Source: a virus | Taxonomy: Duplodnaviria > Caudoviricetes | DNA: 24,529 nt | Direction: 5' to 3' (one strand) | IMG/VR virus record: IMGVR_UViG_3300037760_000145 | Location: 1-24,529 of that record | Shown here: piece after piece, positions 9,196 through 16,164 of the stretch | How the letters are laid out: every line of letters starts with the position of its first letter | How positions within the stretch are numbered: the stretch's first letter is position 1 | Position numbers and translations under genes: made by a program | Notes under the pieces: model-generated | Seen by the model: the letters and a program-made list of their open reading frames with translations, nothing else | Databases searched by the model: none | Told to the model about the DNA's origin: nothing

Positions 9196-9455
9196 GACGC
9201 CACCGCGCTGTCCGGCGTCCAGCCCACAGGCATCTCCTCGACGTCCGTGTGCCCGGCGCACCAGTGGGAGTATGCGTCGCTACTGATCTGCTCGTCGTCG
9301 CTGTCCAGGTAGTCACATAGTTCGGCAAGCTCGGCTGCGGGGCACACGTACCAGCGGCTGGTTTCGTCCGCGTAGTAGGCCCAGGTGCCGTCCCCCAGGT
9401 CCGTGGCGTCGATGTGCTTGGCGGCTCGCTCGGTCTTTGCTGTCGTCGTTGTCAT
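9192..9455 (-). CDS. 87-aa acidic, aromatic-rich protein (anti-defence candidate)
   Basis: 18 D/E versus 4 K/R; first gene behind a consensus-like promoter. Confidence 0.7.
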   Translation of the reverse strand: MTTTTAKTERAAKHIDATDLGDGTWAYYADETSRWYVCPAAELAELCDYLDSDDEQISSDAYSHWCAGHTDVEEMPVGWTPDSAVAS

Positions 9456-9490
9456 GATCCCAATATAGCCCATACAATGGGCCTTGTCTA
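9456..9490 (-). promoter_or_regulatory. Sigma70-type promoter with palindromic operator in the spacer; leaderless
   Basis: Minus strand reads TAGACA-17 bp-TATATT-6 nt-ATG; spacer contains GCCCAT-N3-ATGGGC (9468-9482). Confidence 0.8.
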
Positions 9491-9617
9491 GCCTTCGACT
9501 GTCGATTCCTGTACGATTTTCCCGACGGGGCTAACCGTGCGAATCCGTTGGGTTTGCGGCTCCGCCACCGCGAATCTCGGCGGCGCGCTCGCGGAGTCGC
9601 CGCGCGAACGAGCCGCA

Positions 9618-10178
9618 TCACATGAATTCTCCGCATTCGCCGCACTGGGCGGAGCCGGCGGAGCCGCCACCAAAACCGAAGACGTGCCCGCCACCTGCGC
9701 ACCGGTTCTCCGTGGCACGTTCCCAGCGCAGCTTTATCTGCTGCGGGTGAGTATCCACTCGGGGCCGACCGTCGCGCGACCACGAGCCGCCACCGGCCTC
9801 GCCGACGAGTCGCCAGCCCGCAGCGCGCAACGACGCCCCTCCCTCTTCGGGTAGCGTGTAGGTGACGAGCCGTCGGTATCCCATGGCTCGCGCCGCCCGC
9901 CAGCAGGCGGAGTATAGCAACGAGCAGGCGTTCCGCGTACCGTCTGAGCACAAGCGCGTGACCTCTGCGGTGTAGTCGTCGTCTAGCATTCGGGAAACGG
10001 GCCGCCCAACGATGGCGACGGCGACGATGGTGTCGCCTGCCGCGGCGCCTATAGCGAACAGGCCGCCCTGCGGCGCTCGATGGTGCCGGTGATTCTGCGT
10101 CACGTAGGCGCGCGCCTCTCGCAAAGTCATCGGCACCACGCACAGCGCTCTAGTCTGTTGCAAGCTCTCACTCCCCAT
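9618..10178 (-). CDS. XF1762-like / Mom-related GNAT-fold DNA modification protein
   Basis: HRHH, VAIVGRPVSRMLDD, EVTRLCSDGTRNACSLLY, LVTYTLPEEGGASLRAAGW, KLRW. Confidence 0.8.
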   Translation of the reverse strand: MGSESLQQTRALCVVPMTLREARAYVTQNHRHHRAPQGGLFAIGAAAGDTIVAVAIVGRPVSRMLDDDYTAEVTRLCSDGTRNACSLLYSACWRAARAMGYRRLVTYTLPEEGGASLRAAGWRLVGEAGGGSWSRDGRPRVDTHPQQIKLRWERATENRCAGGGHVFGFGGGSAGSAQCGECGEFM

Positions 10179-10181
10179 CGC

Positions 10182-10481
10182 TCACTCCTCCCCCGCAGCG
10201 CGGATCTCTTGTTCCAACTGCTCAATGCACCCACGCATGACGCCGACGATTGCTTGCTGCGCTGCCGCGCGGATCTCGATGTGCGGACCTGGCGGCGTCG
10301 GCAGCGCGGCTACTTCGGCGGCCATATACCGCAGCCGCTTGACGACGTCGAGGCGGGCTTCCGTGAGTCCCTCGCGGTCCAGCTGCACGTTTCCGCATTC
10401 GGCACAATCGGAGCACCACTTGCACATGTCACCAATGTAGTAGCTAGCGCTTCGCAGTGTTTCGCAATCGGTGTCAGTCAT
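10182..10481 (-). CDS. Hypothetical protein with CxxCxxCxxC cluster
   Basis: Start at MTDTD with GGAGG SD; CKWCSDCAEC. The track's N-terminal extension looks off-frame. Confidence 0.6.
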   Translation of the reverse strand: MTDTDCETLRSASYYIGDMCKWCSDCAECGNVQLDREGLTEARLDVVKRLRYMAAEVAALPTPPGPHIEIRAAAQQAIVGVMRGCIEQLEQEIRAAGEE

Positions 10482-10647
10482 CGTCGGTTTCCTCCCGCGT
10501 CTCGTGGTACTTGCCGCCGCACTGGTCCGGCGTGTGCTCGCTGTCGTCGTTGCATGCGCCGCACGGGCACATCGTGTCTGCCGCTCAGCCATTCCACACG
10601 GCTCCGCAGCGCCAGCAGCGGTAGGGAACTAGCCACCATTCAGCCAT
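10474..10647 (-). pseudogene. 57-codon Zn-finger-like ORF with in-frame TGA at codon 21
   Basis: MAEWWLVPYRCWRCGAVWNG*AADTMCPCGACNDDSEHTPDQCGGKYHETREETDDD; coupled to neighbours at both ends. Confidence 0.6.
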
Positions 10648-10792
10648 CGTCGGCTTCCTCGCCTTCGTCGATCTCCACAGGCTGCTGACACGCGCAGAGC
10701 TTTCGGCCGCCGTACGGGCAGCCACAGTCACCGCAGCAATACACGAGGCCGGCGCCAAAGCAGTCCCCGCAGACCTCCAGCGGCTCACTCAT
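10640..10792 (-). CDS. 50-aa Cys-rich microprotein
   Basis: 8 Cys (CGDC, CCGDCGC, CAC), acidic tail; 8-nt start/stop overlaps with both neighbours. Confidence 0.6.
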   Translation of the reverse strand: MSEPLEVCGDCFGAGLVYCCGDCGCPYGGRKLCACQQPVEIDEGEEADDG

Positions 10793-11111
10793 CGCGCTCA
10801 CCGTGCTCGCGCTCGATCTGGTCCACCGTGCACCACTGGCAGCGGCACCCGGGCCGGCATTTTTCGGGCTGCTCGAGGGCGGTCGTGGCGAGGGCGTCGT
10901 ACGCTGTTTTCCAGTCGCGCGCCGAAACGCCCCTGCCGTACCTCTCGCGCCGGAATGCTTCCGCGAACGGTCGCAACGCAGCTTCGAGCGCGGCAATGCG
11001 GGTGTGGGCGGCGTCGCGCTCATCAAACGCTTGAGCCACCGTTTCCCTCAAGAGGCAGCTAGGAGGCGCGAGCAGGACACCCGGCGCAATCTCGTCACCG
11101 TGCTTCATCAA
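10785..11111 (-). CDS. Hypothetical protein (coiled coil + C-terminal Cys cluster)
   Basis: RIAALEAALRPFA helix common in phage early genes; CRPGCRCQWC. Confidence 0.6.
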   Translation of the reverse strand: MMKHGDEIAPGVLLAPPSCLLRETVAQAFDERDAAHTRIAALEAALRPFAEAFRRERYGRGVSARDWKTAYDALATTALEQPEKCRPGCRCQWCTVDQIEREHGERDE

Positions 11112-11406
11112 TCACCCGTCCCACAAGCTGGAGCATCTGCACTCGCACGTCGCCCGCGTGCCGCTCGCCACAGTGCTCGATTTCGGCAATGTCGAGATGG
11201 GCGGCGTCGCCGTCGCCGTCGCCGTAGCCGTAGCCGTAGCCGTCGCCGTCGCCGGAGCCGGAGCGCTGCCGCTGCAACCACGTGCGCCATTCCTCAGGCG
11301 CTGCCGCGAGGGTCTCAGCCGTGGCTGGGCGCTTGCGGGCCCAGTCCACAGCGTCAACGCACGCGCCCAGCAGGATCAGGATCCAGGCGCACCCTAGGCG
11401 ACTCAC
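11095..11406 (-). CDS. G(D/Y/S)-repeat protein
   Basis: LGAC..AVDW motif followed by SGSGDGDGYGYGYGDGDGD; GTGA coupling to the upstream gene. Confidence 0.65.
   Translation of the reverse strand: MSRLGCAWILILLGACVDAVDWARKRPATAETLAAAPEEWRTWLQRQRSGSGDGDGYGYGYGDGDGDAAHLDIAEIEHCGERHAGDVRVQMLQLVGRVIDEAR
11206..11264. repeat. 6-bp-period coding repeat
   Basis: (GTCGCC)3(GTAGCC)3(GTCGCC)2 GGAGCC GGAGC, encoding GD/GY/GS dipeptides on the minus strand. Confidence 0.9.
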
Positions 11407-11693
11407 CACCACGGCTCATTATCCCAGGTCTTGGATGCCTCGGCGGTCGCGTCGACCACGGCAGTGACGTTCCGCAGCACGATGCGATCGACTGCCGGCG
11501 ACACGCGGGCGCCGCTACTGACGCCTCGCGCTGCCACGCCGAGCACGCCGTGGCAATCTGCTGGCCAGTGGACGATCATGCGCGCGTGTGTGAGCTCGAT
11601 CGTCTCGGTATCGGATGGGTCGGTCGTATTCCCGACGAATACTCCGCGGTGTGCGGTGGTTACTAGGACGGGGCGCTTAGTTTGATTTTTCAC
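11403..11693 (-). CDS. DUF6948-like small beta protein
   Basis: AGGAG SD + GTG; VLVTTAHRGVFVG...LTHARMIVHW...GVAARG pattern. Family name from memory. Confidence 0.6.
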   Translation of the reverse strand: MKNQTKRPVLVTTAHRGVFVGNTTDPSDTETIELTHARMIVHWPADCHGVLGVAARGVSSGARVSPAVDRIVLRNVTAVVDATAEASKTWDNEPWW

Positions 11694-11990
11694 TTGGTCT
11701 CTCCTGTGCGTCGCTCCACGACAATCGGTGTCGGCATCTTCGGCGGCTCCTCTTGCAGCCACTGAGGCATCTCCGGCTCCGGCTCGCTCTCCCCGTTCTG
11801 TTTCTCCTCGTCCATTGCGGCGAGGAGACGTGCGGCGGCAGGCGACAGCGACGCCAGCGCGGCGCAGGCGGTAGCGCTCGGCCAGGTTTTCGGCGGCCCG
11901 CTGCTCGGCCTGCAGGAGTCGCTTGAGCTTTGCAGCGTGGCGGGCGACTTCGCGGAGGGTTGATTCGAGGTCAGAAATCGAATGAGTCAT
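11690..11990 (-). pseudogene. Probable frameshifted helical protein
   Basis: MTHSISDLESTLREVARH... is protein-like to about 11865; the +1 frame then gives ALASLSPAAARLLAAMDEEK...GETK*, whose stop overlaps the GTG of the next gene. Confidence 0.45.
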
Positions 11991-12429
11991 CCCCGTTTGC
12001 CTCTCGCTGCTGTCGCCGTGCAAGCATCTTTCCCTTCAGGCGTTGTTCGAGTGACGCGGTCGCACCAGCGTCGAGCTTCTCCTTGACCACCGCGCCGCCG
12101 GTACGGTTCACCCAGCGCACACGATGCCGCGTGCCGCGCTCGTCGGTCTCGTGCTCGATGACGAGCATGCTCTCGATGGTCCCGATGCCGACTGGATGCG
12201 CGAGGCTTTCGCCGTCCCATCCGGTGTTCTCCAGAGCCTCGAGTGTCTTGTCCTCCGTCTTGGGTGAAAAGTACCCCCAATATGTGATCTCGCGCCCCTC
12301 GTAGTTCGGCGGTGCAAGGATGCGAAACGTGATTGCGATCTGTTCCTTGCCGGTGCTCGTCCTTCCGAGCACGGCATCAACGGCTTGTGCGAGATAGCGG
12401 CCGGGGGGGATAAGGTTGTCGGTGTTCAT
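11971..12429 (-). CDS. Phage ssDNA-binding protein (DUF669-like)
   Basis: IPPGRYLA...STGKEQIAITFRI; acidic-aromatic C-terminus DDSFDF; follows the Sak4-like gene. Confidence 0.75.
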   Translation of the reverse strand: MNTDNLIPPGRYLAQAVDAVLGRTSTGKEQIAITFRILAPPNYEGREITYWGYFSPKTEDKTLEALENTGWDGESLAHPVGIGTIESMLVIEHETDERGTRHRVRWVNRTGGAVVKEKLDAGATASLEQRLKGKMLARRQQREANGDDSFDF

Positions 12430-14039
12430 GCTGCGTGCTCCCTTGTCGTCTGAATCTTGCTGATAATCTTGTCGCGCAGTCGCGCGAGCTTGTGCGGGTT
12501 GCCGGAGTCACGCTGCAAGGCGCTGCGTGCAGCCTCCTGCGAGTCCTCTGGTAGCTGCTCGATGAGCGCCGCCGTCTCTGCTTCGAGCTCCGCTGCTGCC
12601 GCGGGAATTCCCCGCCGCGCTGCTGCGTCGAATTCCGCCCAATCAAGCGGCAGCTCCTCCGGCAATCCGTATCGGTTCTTCGCGTGCCGCGCCGGATGCG
12701 GCTGGGTGTATACGACACGCGAGCCGTCGCCAATCGCCTTGTTTTTGTCGTTGTCGGACTTGTTGAGAAATACTCGGTAGTTCGCGAAGAGCACGGCGTT
12801 CGGCCACGCGCGGAGAAGCTGCGCTGACTTCGCGTTCATCTGCAGCTCATACACGTCGTAGCCGTCCGAGGTCGGGTCATCGAAGTGCCTAATGTGTGCG
12901 TGTGCGAGCACCAGCGTGTGCATGCCGGCGGCGTGGAGCTCCTCGAGCCGTACGAGCAGCCAGCGGATCTCCTCGCGTGCACTGTCGTAGCCCTTGCCAT
13001 AGCCGAAGTCCGAGATGGCGGCCTTCCCGCCCTTCTTGCAGACGGCTTCCCAGATGAGCCCCTCGACCCAATCGGCCGTGTCGATGACGACCGACTTGTA
13101 GTCGTGCTTCTCCGTCTGCAGCGCGGTCACCGCGGCTCTGACGTCTTCCCAGCTGGAGAGTCCGGGGAATCGTGCCGTGTCGATCCGGTTCGTTCCGCGC
13201 GGCTCGCCGACGAAAATCGGGTTCGGTGCCGACGCTGCCCACGTGCTTTTTCCGACGCCTTCGGGGCCGTAGAGGACGACCGAATACGGCTCCTCCACGA
13301 TCCCGCGCGTCACCGATGCGAGACTAATTGCCATTGGTTCATGCTCCTTTTGCATGGATGCTCTTATTGCGCGATAGCCGCCGCAGACGTCCCGCGCGCG
13401 GCAGTAGCAGCGATCACAGTGATCGCCGGCGCGTGGAGGCGTTTCCTCACGCAGCCAGTCGAGATGCACGCGACGCATCTCCGATGCCGTCTCCTGCAGC
13501 TGGTCTGGCGAGATGTCTGCCGCGTCAGGCGTGACCGCTCCAGTCTCCGTCACGTAGTGGTATTCGATGTGCGCGCGCTCGATGCCTGGCCACGCGGACG
13601 CAAGCACGACAGCTCCGCCACGTAGCTGCCAGCTATCGGCCGCGGAGTGGTAGCGGCGCCCCGTCTTGTGGTCGACGACGTACAGTACGGGGCCGTCTCG
13701 CCACGCAACGTCAAGCGAGCCGCATATCTCGTCCGCCTTGCCGCCGTGCTGCACATACTCCCTCTCTATATCGTGTCCGAGCACGCGCCCTCCGCGCTCC
13801 GGGTGCCACGCGACAGCAAGCTCCACGTGCGCACTTGCGGGGATGCGGTCACGGACCCTCGACCACCATGTCTCCACGTCTGGCGCATCTGTCGGCGGTG
13901 CCCGGAAGCGGATGGTTCGCGCGGCCTGCGCGTGGAATTCCGTGCCGCGCGCTGCAGCCGAGCTGCGCTTTTCTGGCGGGAGGTCCAGTGCGAAGCTGTG
14001 TAGGCAATGTACAGCTAGCTCGAGCTTGCTCAGCGTCAT
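12426..14039 (-). CDS. PD-(D/E)XK Cas4/RecB-like exonuclease fused in frame to Sak4-like AAA_24 ATPase
   Basis: N-terminal: C, GTEFH, GSLDV, VVDHKTG, WQL, CDRCYC...C. C-terminal: YGPEGVGKS, VVIDTADW, GYGKGY, AKNRYGLP. Start at 14039 inferred from ATGA coupling. Confidence 0.85.
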   Translation of the reverse strand: MTLSKLELAVHCLHSFALDLPPEKRSSAAARGTEFHAQAARTIRFRAPPTDAPDVETWWSRVRDRIPASAHVELAVAWHPERGGRVLGHDIEREYVQHGGKADEICGSLDVAWRDGPVLYVVDHKTGRRYHSAADSWQLRGGAVVLASAWPGIERAHIEYHYVTETGAVTPDAADISPDQLQETASEMRRVHLDWLREETPPRAGDHCDRCYCRARDVCGGYRAIRASMQKEHEPMAISLASVTRGIVEEPYSVVLYGPEGVGKSTWAASAPNPIFVGEPRGTNRIDTARFPGLSSWEDVRAAVTALQTEKHDYKSVVIDTADWVEGLIWEAVCKKGGKAAISDFGYGKGYDSAREEIRWLLVRLEELHAAGMHTLVLAHAHIRHFDDPTSDGYDVYELQMNAKSAQLLRAWPNAVLFANYRVFLNKSDNDKNKAIGDGSRVVYTQPHPARHAKNRYGLPEELPLDWAEFDAAARRGIPAAAAELEAETAALIEQLPEDSQEAARSALQRDSGNPHKLARLRDKIISKIQTTREHAA

Positions 14040-14197
14040 CGGGAGCACAGTCCCTCCAATCGCCGGTGCGCGTGCTCGAGCTGCGCGTCTGTCGGCAGTC
14101 GCGTTGCCCATCGTGCGCCGGGGTATTTCTCCAGGGCCGCGATCGAGGCGGCTAGCGCGTCCTGCAGATCGCGCGACTTGGCCACGATTCGGATCAT
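14036..14197 (-). CDS. 53-aa hypothetical protein; not in ORF track
   Basis: MIRIVAKSRDLQDALAASIAALEKYPG...; ATGA-coupled on both sides; GAGGTG SD. Confidence 0.6.
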   Translation of the reverse strand: MIRIVAKSRDLQDALAASIAALEKYPGARWATRLPTDAQLEHAHRRLEGLCSR

Positions 14198-14448
14198 GAC
14201 GGCACCTCGCTATCCCGCAGCGCGCGCTCGGTCGAGTAGTGCGGCTCCAGAGCAGCGTCGCCCGTAAGCGCTACCCGTGCGTCGCGTGCCGCGCTCGTAA
14301 CGTCTGGCGCCCATGCGATCGTCTGCGAGCAGCCCGGCGTCGGACACTCGCCGATTTCCAGATCTAGATCGGGCCACGGCCGCACGTTGCGCAGCTCGGT
14401 GACGTAGCGGCGGCAATGGCCGCACCAATGGTAATGGCTAGTACGCAC
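14194..14448 (-). CDS. Zn-ribbon protein
   Basis: CGHC...CPTPGC; GGAGG SD. Confidence 0.6.
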   Translation of the reverse strand: MRTSHYHWCGHCRRYVTELRNVRPWPDLDLEIGECPTPGCSQTIAWAPDVTSAARDARVALTGDAALEPHYSTERALRDSEVPS

Positions 14449-14668
14449 GGGGGACCTCCGTAGTTCGCTCGAGCGCGCGCAACAGTCGCTCGATGGCCTC
14501 TTGGTGCGCGGTCACCTCGGCGGTCAGGTCGACCTGGTCGAGGCGGCGGCCGTACTGTCGGCGCCGTACCGCGGACTGGTAGCGCGTCCACTCAGACCGC
14601 AGCCACGCGACCAGTGCGCCCTGGCAGACGCCGGTCAGATCGTGCGGGACCGGGACCGGAGGACTCAC
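14438..14668 (-). CDS. 76-aa hypothetical protein
   Basis: GTGA-coupled start; helical C-terminus. Confidence 0.5.
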   Translation of the reverse strand: MSPPVPVPHDLTGVCQGALVAWLRSEWTRYQSAVRRRQYGRRLDQVDLTAEVTAHQEAIERLLRALERTTEVPRAY

Positions 14669-14922
14669 AGCGTCACCGCCAGTCGCACGGCGTCGACCAG
14701 AGCCAGGTGCCTGCCGAGGCACCGCCCGCAAATCAGCCACGGCTCGCCTCCGTGCGTCTCGCCCCACCGGTGCTCCGCGCCGTCCGCTCCACAGTCGGCA
14801 CAGCCCTCAGGCTCCGGCTCATCCGAGCAGTCGTGCGGCTCGCTCGCGTGGTAGAGTTCGTCGCAGTCGGGGCAGGATTGCCAGTGGTAGTTCCAGTCGT
14901 CGGGGACGTTGGACCAGGTCAT
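14665..14922 (-). CDS. 85-aa acidic Zn-finger protein
   Basis: CPDC...HDC and CADC...CGRC; GAGGAG SD; ATGA coupling. Confidence 0.65.
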   Translation of the reverse strand: MTWSNVPDDWNYHWQSCPDCDELYHASEPHDCSDEPEPEGCADCGADGAEHRWGETHGGEPWLICGRCLGRHLALVDAVRLAVTL

Positions 14923-15161
14923 TGTCCGCTCCTCATTCGGAGGTATCGCTGCGCTACCGCCGTCGCTCGCCGATGCCGGCCGCACGGCGCGCCGAGGTCG
15001 CAGCCGTCGTCGGTGCACGGGCGGCCCATCAGCCGCATACCGATCGCGACGAACGCAGCGCCCTCCGTGTACTTGCCGTGCGCGATAGCCCAGGATTCGC
15101 CGGTGAGACGCGGGTCGCTCCACGGGTCGAGATTGGCTGCGGTCGGGCTGGTCGGCGTCAT
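14919..15161 (-). CDS. 80-aa first gene of the leftward early operon
   Basis: Directly behind the PL-like promoter; C-x3-C-x5-C-x2-H motif. Confidence 0.6.
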   Translation of the reverse strand: MTPTSPTAANLDPWSDPRLTGESWAIAHGKYTEGAAFVAIGMRLMGRPCTDDGCDLGAPCGRHRRATAVAQRYLRMRSGQ

Positions 15162-15197
15162 ATGAGGTCAGTATAATAATACTGATGGCTTTGGCAA
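15162..15197 (-). promoter_or_regulatory. PL-like promoter with palindromic operator
   Basis: Minus strand TTGCCA-16-TATACT-8 nt-ATG; perfect inverted repeat TCAGTAT-N4-ATACTGA at 15168-15185. Confidence 0.75.
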
Positions 15198-15239
15198 TAG
15201 AAAAAGCGCTGGCCAACGGCGAGCGCTTTATCAGTGGGG

Positions 15240-15575
15240 TTATTGCGCGGTTTTTGATGTTTTCTTCAGACGGGCCCGGCGCTCCTCGTAGTCCAGGCGC
15301 TCTTGCTCGATTGCCCACGCTCGACCGCCCCGTTTCTCCCACCACTCCAGAGCGGTGTTCACCAGCTGTCCGGGGTCTAACCCGAACAGTGGAGCAATCC
15401 TGATGGCGGTGGCCAGGCCAGCCCGCAGATGCCCATTCCTGAGCTGGGAAATGTGTCCCTGACCGATGCCGGTGCGCTTCCTCACCTCGCCCTGCGTGAC
15501 GCCACGGCGCTCTTCTTCGAGCAGCCGATGTCGGATGTACCAGCCCACCGCATCCCCACGATCGTCCTTCGGCAT
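15240..15575 (-). CDS. XRE-family HTH repressor (CI-like), 111 aa, no S24 peptidase domain
   Basis: VTQGEVRKRTGIGQGHISQLRNG...IRIAPLFGLDPGQL; divergent from the cro-like gene. Confidence 0.8.
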   Translation of the reverse strand: MPKDDRGDAVGWYIRHRLLEEERRGVTQGEVRKRTGIGQGHISQLRNGHLRAGLATAIRIAPLFGLDPGQLVNTALEWWEKRGGRAWAIEQERLDYEERRARLKKTSKTAQ

Positions 15576-15610
15576 ACCGTCAGCGTCCCGATCTCGCGGT
15601 GATTTCGCAA
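15576..15610 (-). promoter_or_regulatory. Weak PRM-like leaderless promoter
   Basis: Minus strand TTGCGA-17-GACGCT-6 nt-ATG; no SD. Confidence 0.45.
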
Positions 15611-15637
15611 GCGGTCTTGGTGCCGTGGCGATTTTGG

Positions 15638-15671
15638 TTGACCGTCTCATCAGGATTATTATGCTCATAAC
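15638..15671 (+). promoter_or_regulatory. PR-like leaderless promoter with second operator copy
   Basis: TTGACC-16-TATGCT-6 nt-ATG; TCAGGATTATTATGCTCA (15650-15667) matches the PL operator at 15/18. Confidence 0.75.
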
Positions 15672-15941
15672 ATGACCCCAGGCAACGGTGCGCAGAAGTT
15701 CAGCGACTGGATGGAAAAGTGGCTGTCCCAAGACAAGACGCACACGAAGAAGCTCCTCGCGGACCGGCTCCGCGTGTCCCCGGCAGCAATCCACCAATGG
15801 GCGAAGGGGTACACCACTCCGCTTTGGCCCGTGCGCGAGGATATCGAGCGCGAAACTGACGGCGTTGTAACGTGCGAGGACTGGGGGCCAACGAACGACC
15901 GTCGGAAGCCAATCGACGGAGCGGATGGTAAGTCGGCATGA
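15672..15941 (+). CDS. Cro/YdaS-like HTH protein
   Basis: LLADRLRVSPAAIHQWAKG...P...IERETDGVVTCEDW. Confidence 0.8.
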   Translation: MTPGNGAQKFSDWMEKWLSQDKTHTKKLLADRLRVSPAAIHQWAKGYTTPLWPVREDIERETDGVVTCEDWGPTNDRRKPIDGADGKSA

Positions 15942-16047
15942 GGCGTCAGGGTCTACGTGCCGTCGTGACTTCGCAAGGGACGACGGCTTGCACCCGGACA
16001 GGGAATGCCACTGTCCGAAAGTGGACAGGGGTGAAGGGGTCCTCCGC

Positions 16048-16164
16048 ATGATCCGCCGCACCCTCCGCCGCCTAATCGACCTCGCGACGACCCTCCGTCA
16101 CGCCTGGCGCGAAGGTCGCCGGTGGCGGCGTGTGCTGGCGGCAGCGGAGGGGGCGGAGGCGTGA
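16048..16164 (+). CDS. 38-aa basic peptide
   Basis: MIRRTLRRLIDLATTLRHAWREG...; stop overlaps the GTG of the next gene. Confidence 0.4.
   Translation: MIRRTLRRLIDLATTLRHAWREGRRWRRVLAAAEGAEA

Noticed and set aside
10585-10587. Genome-wide TGA recoding or selenocysteine
   Set aside because: TGA is the normal stop for most genes here, with coupled ATGA overlaps; no convincing SECIS hairpin follows this codon.
11206-11264. Short repeat as CRISPR or non-coding satellite
   Set aside because: No spacers; period 6 and in frame within a coding Gly-X tract.
13335-14039. Cas4-like protein as part of a CRISPR-Cas system
   Set aside because: No array or other cas genes; the context (Sak4-like, SSB-like) is a phage recombination module.
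15576-16061. N-terminal extension making the repressor 273 aa
   Set aside because: It runs antisense through cro and both promoters; the HTH domain begins shortly after ATG 15575.
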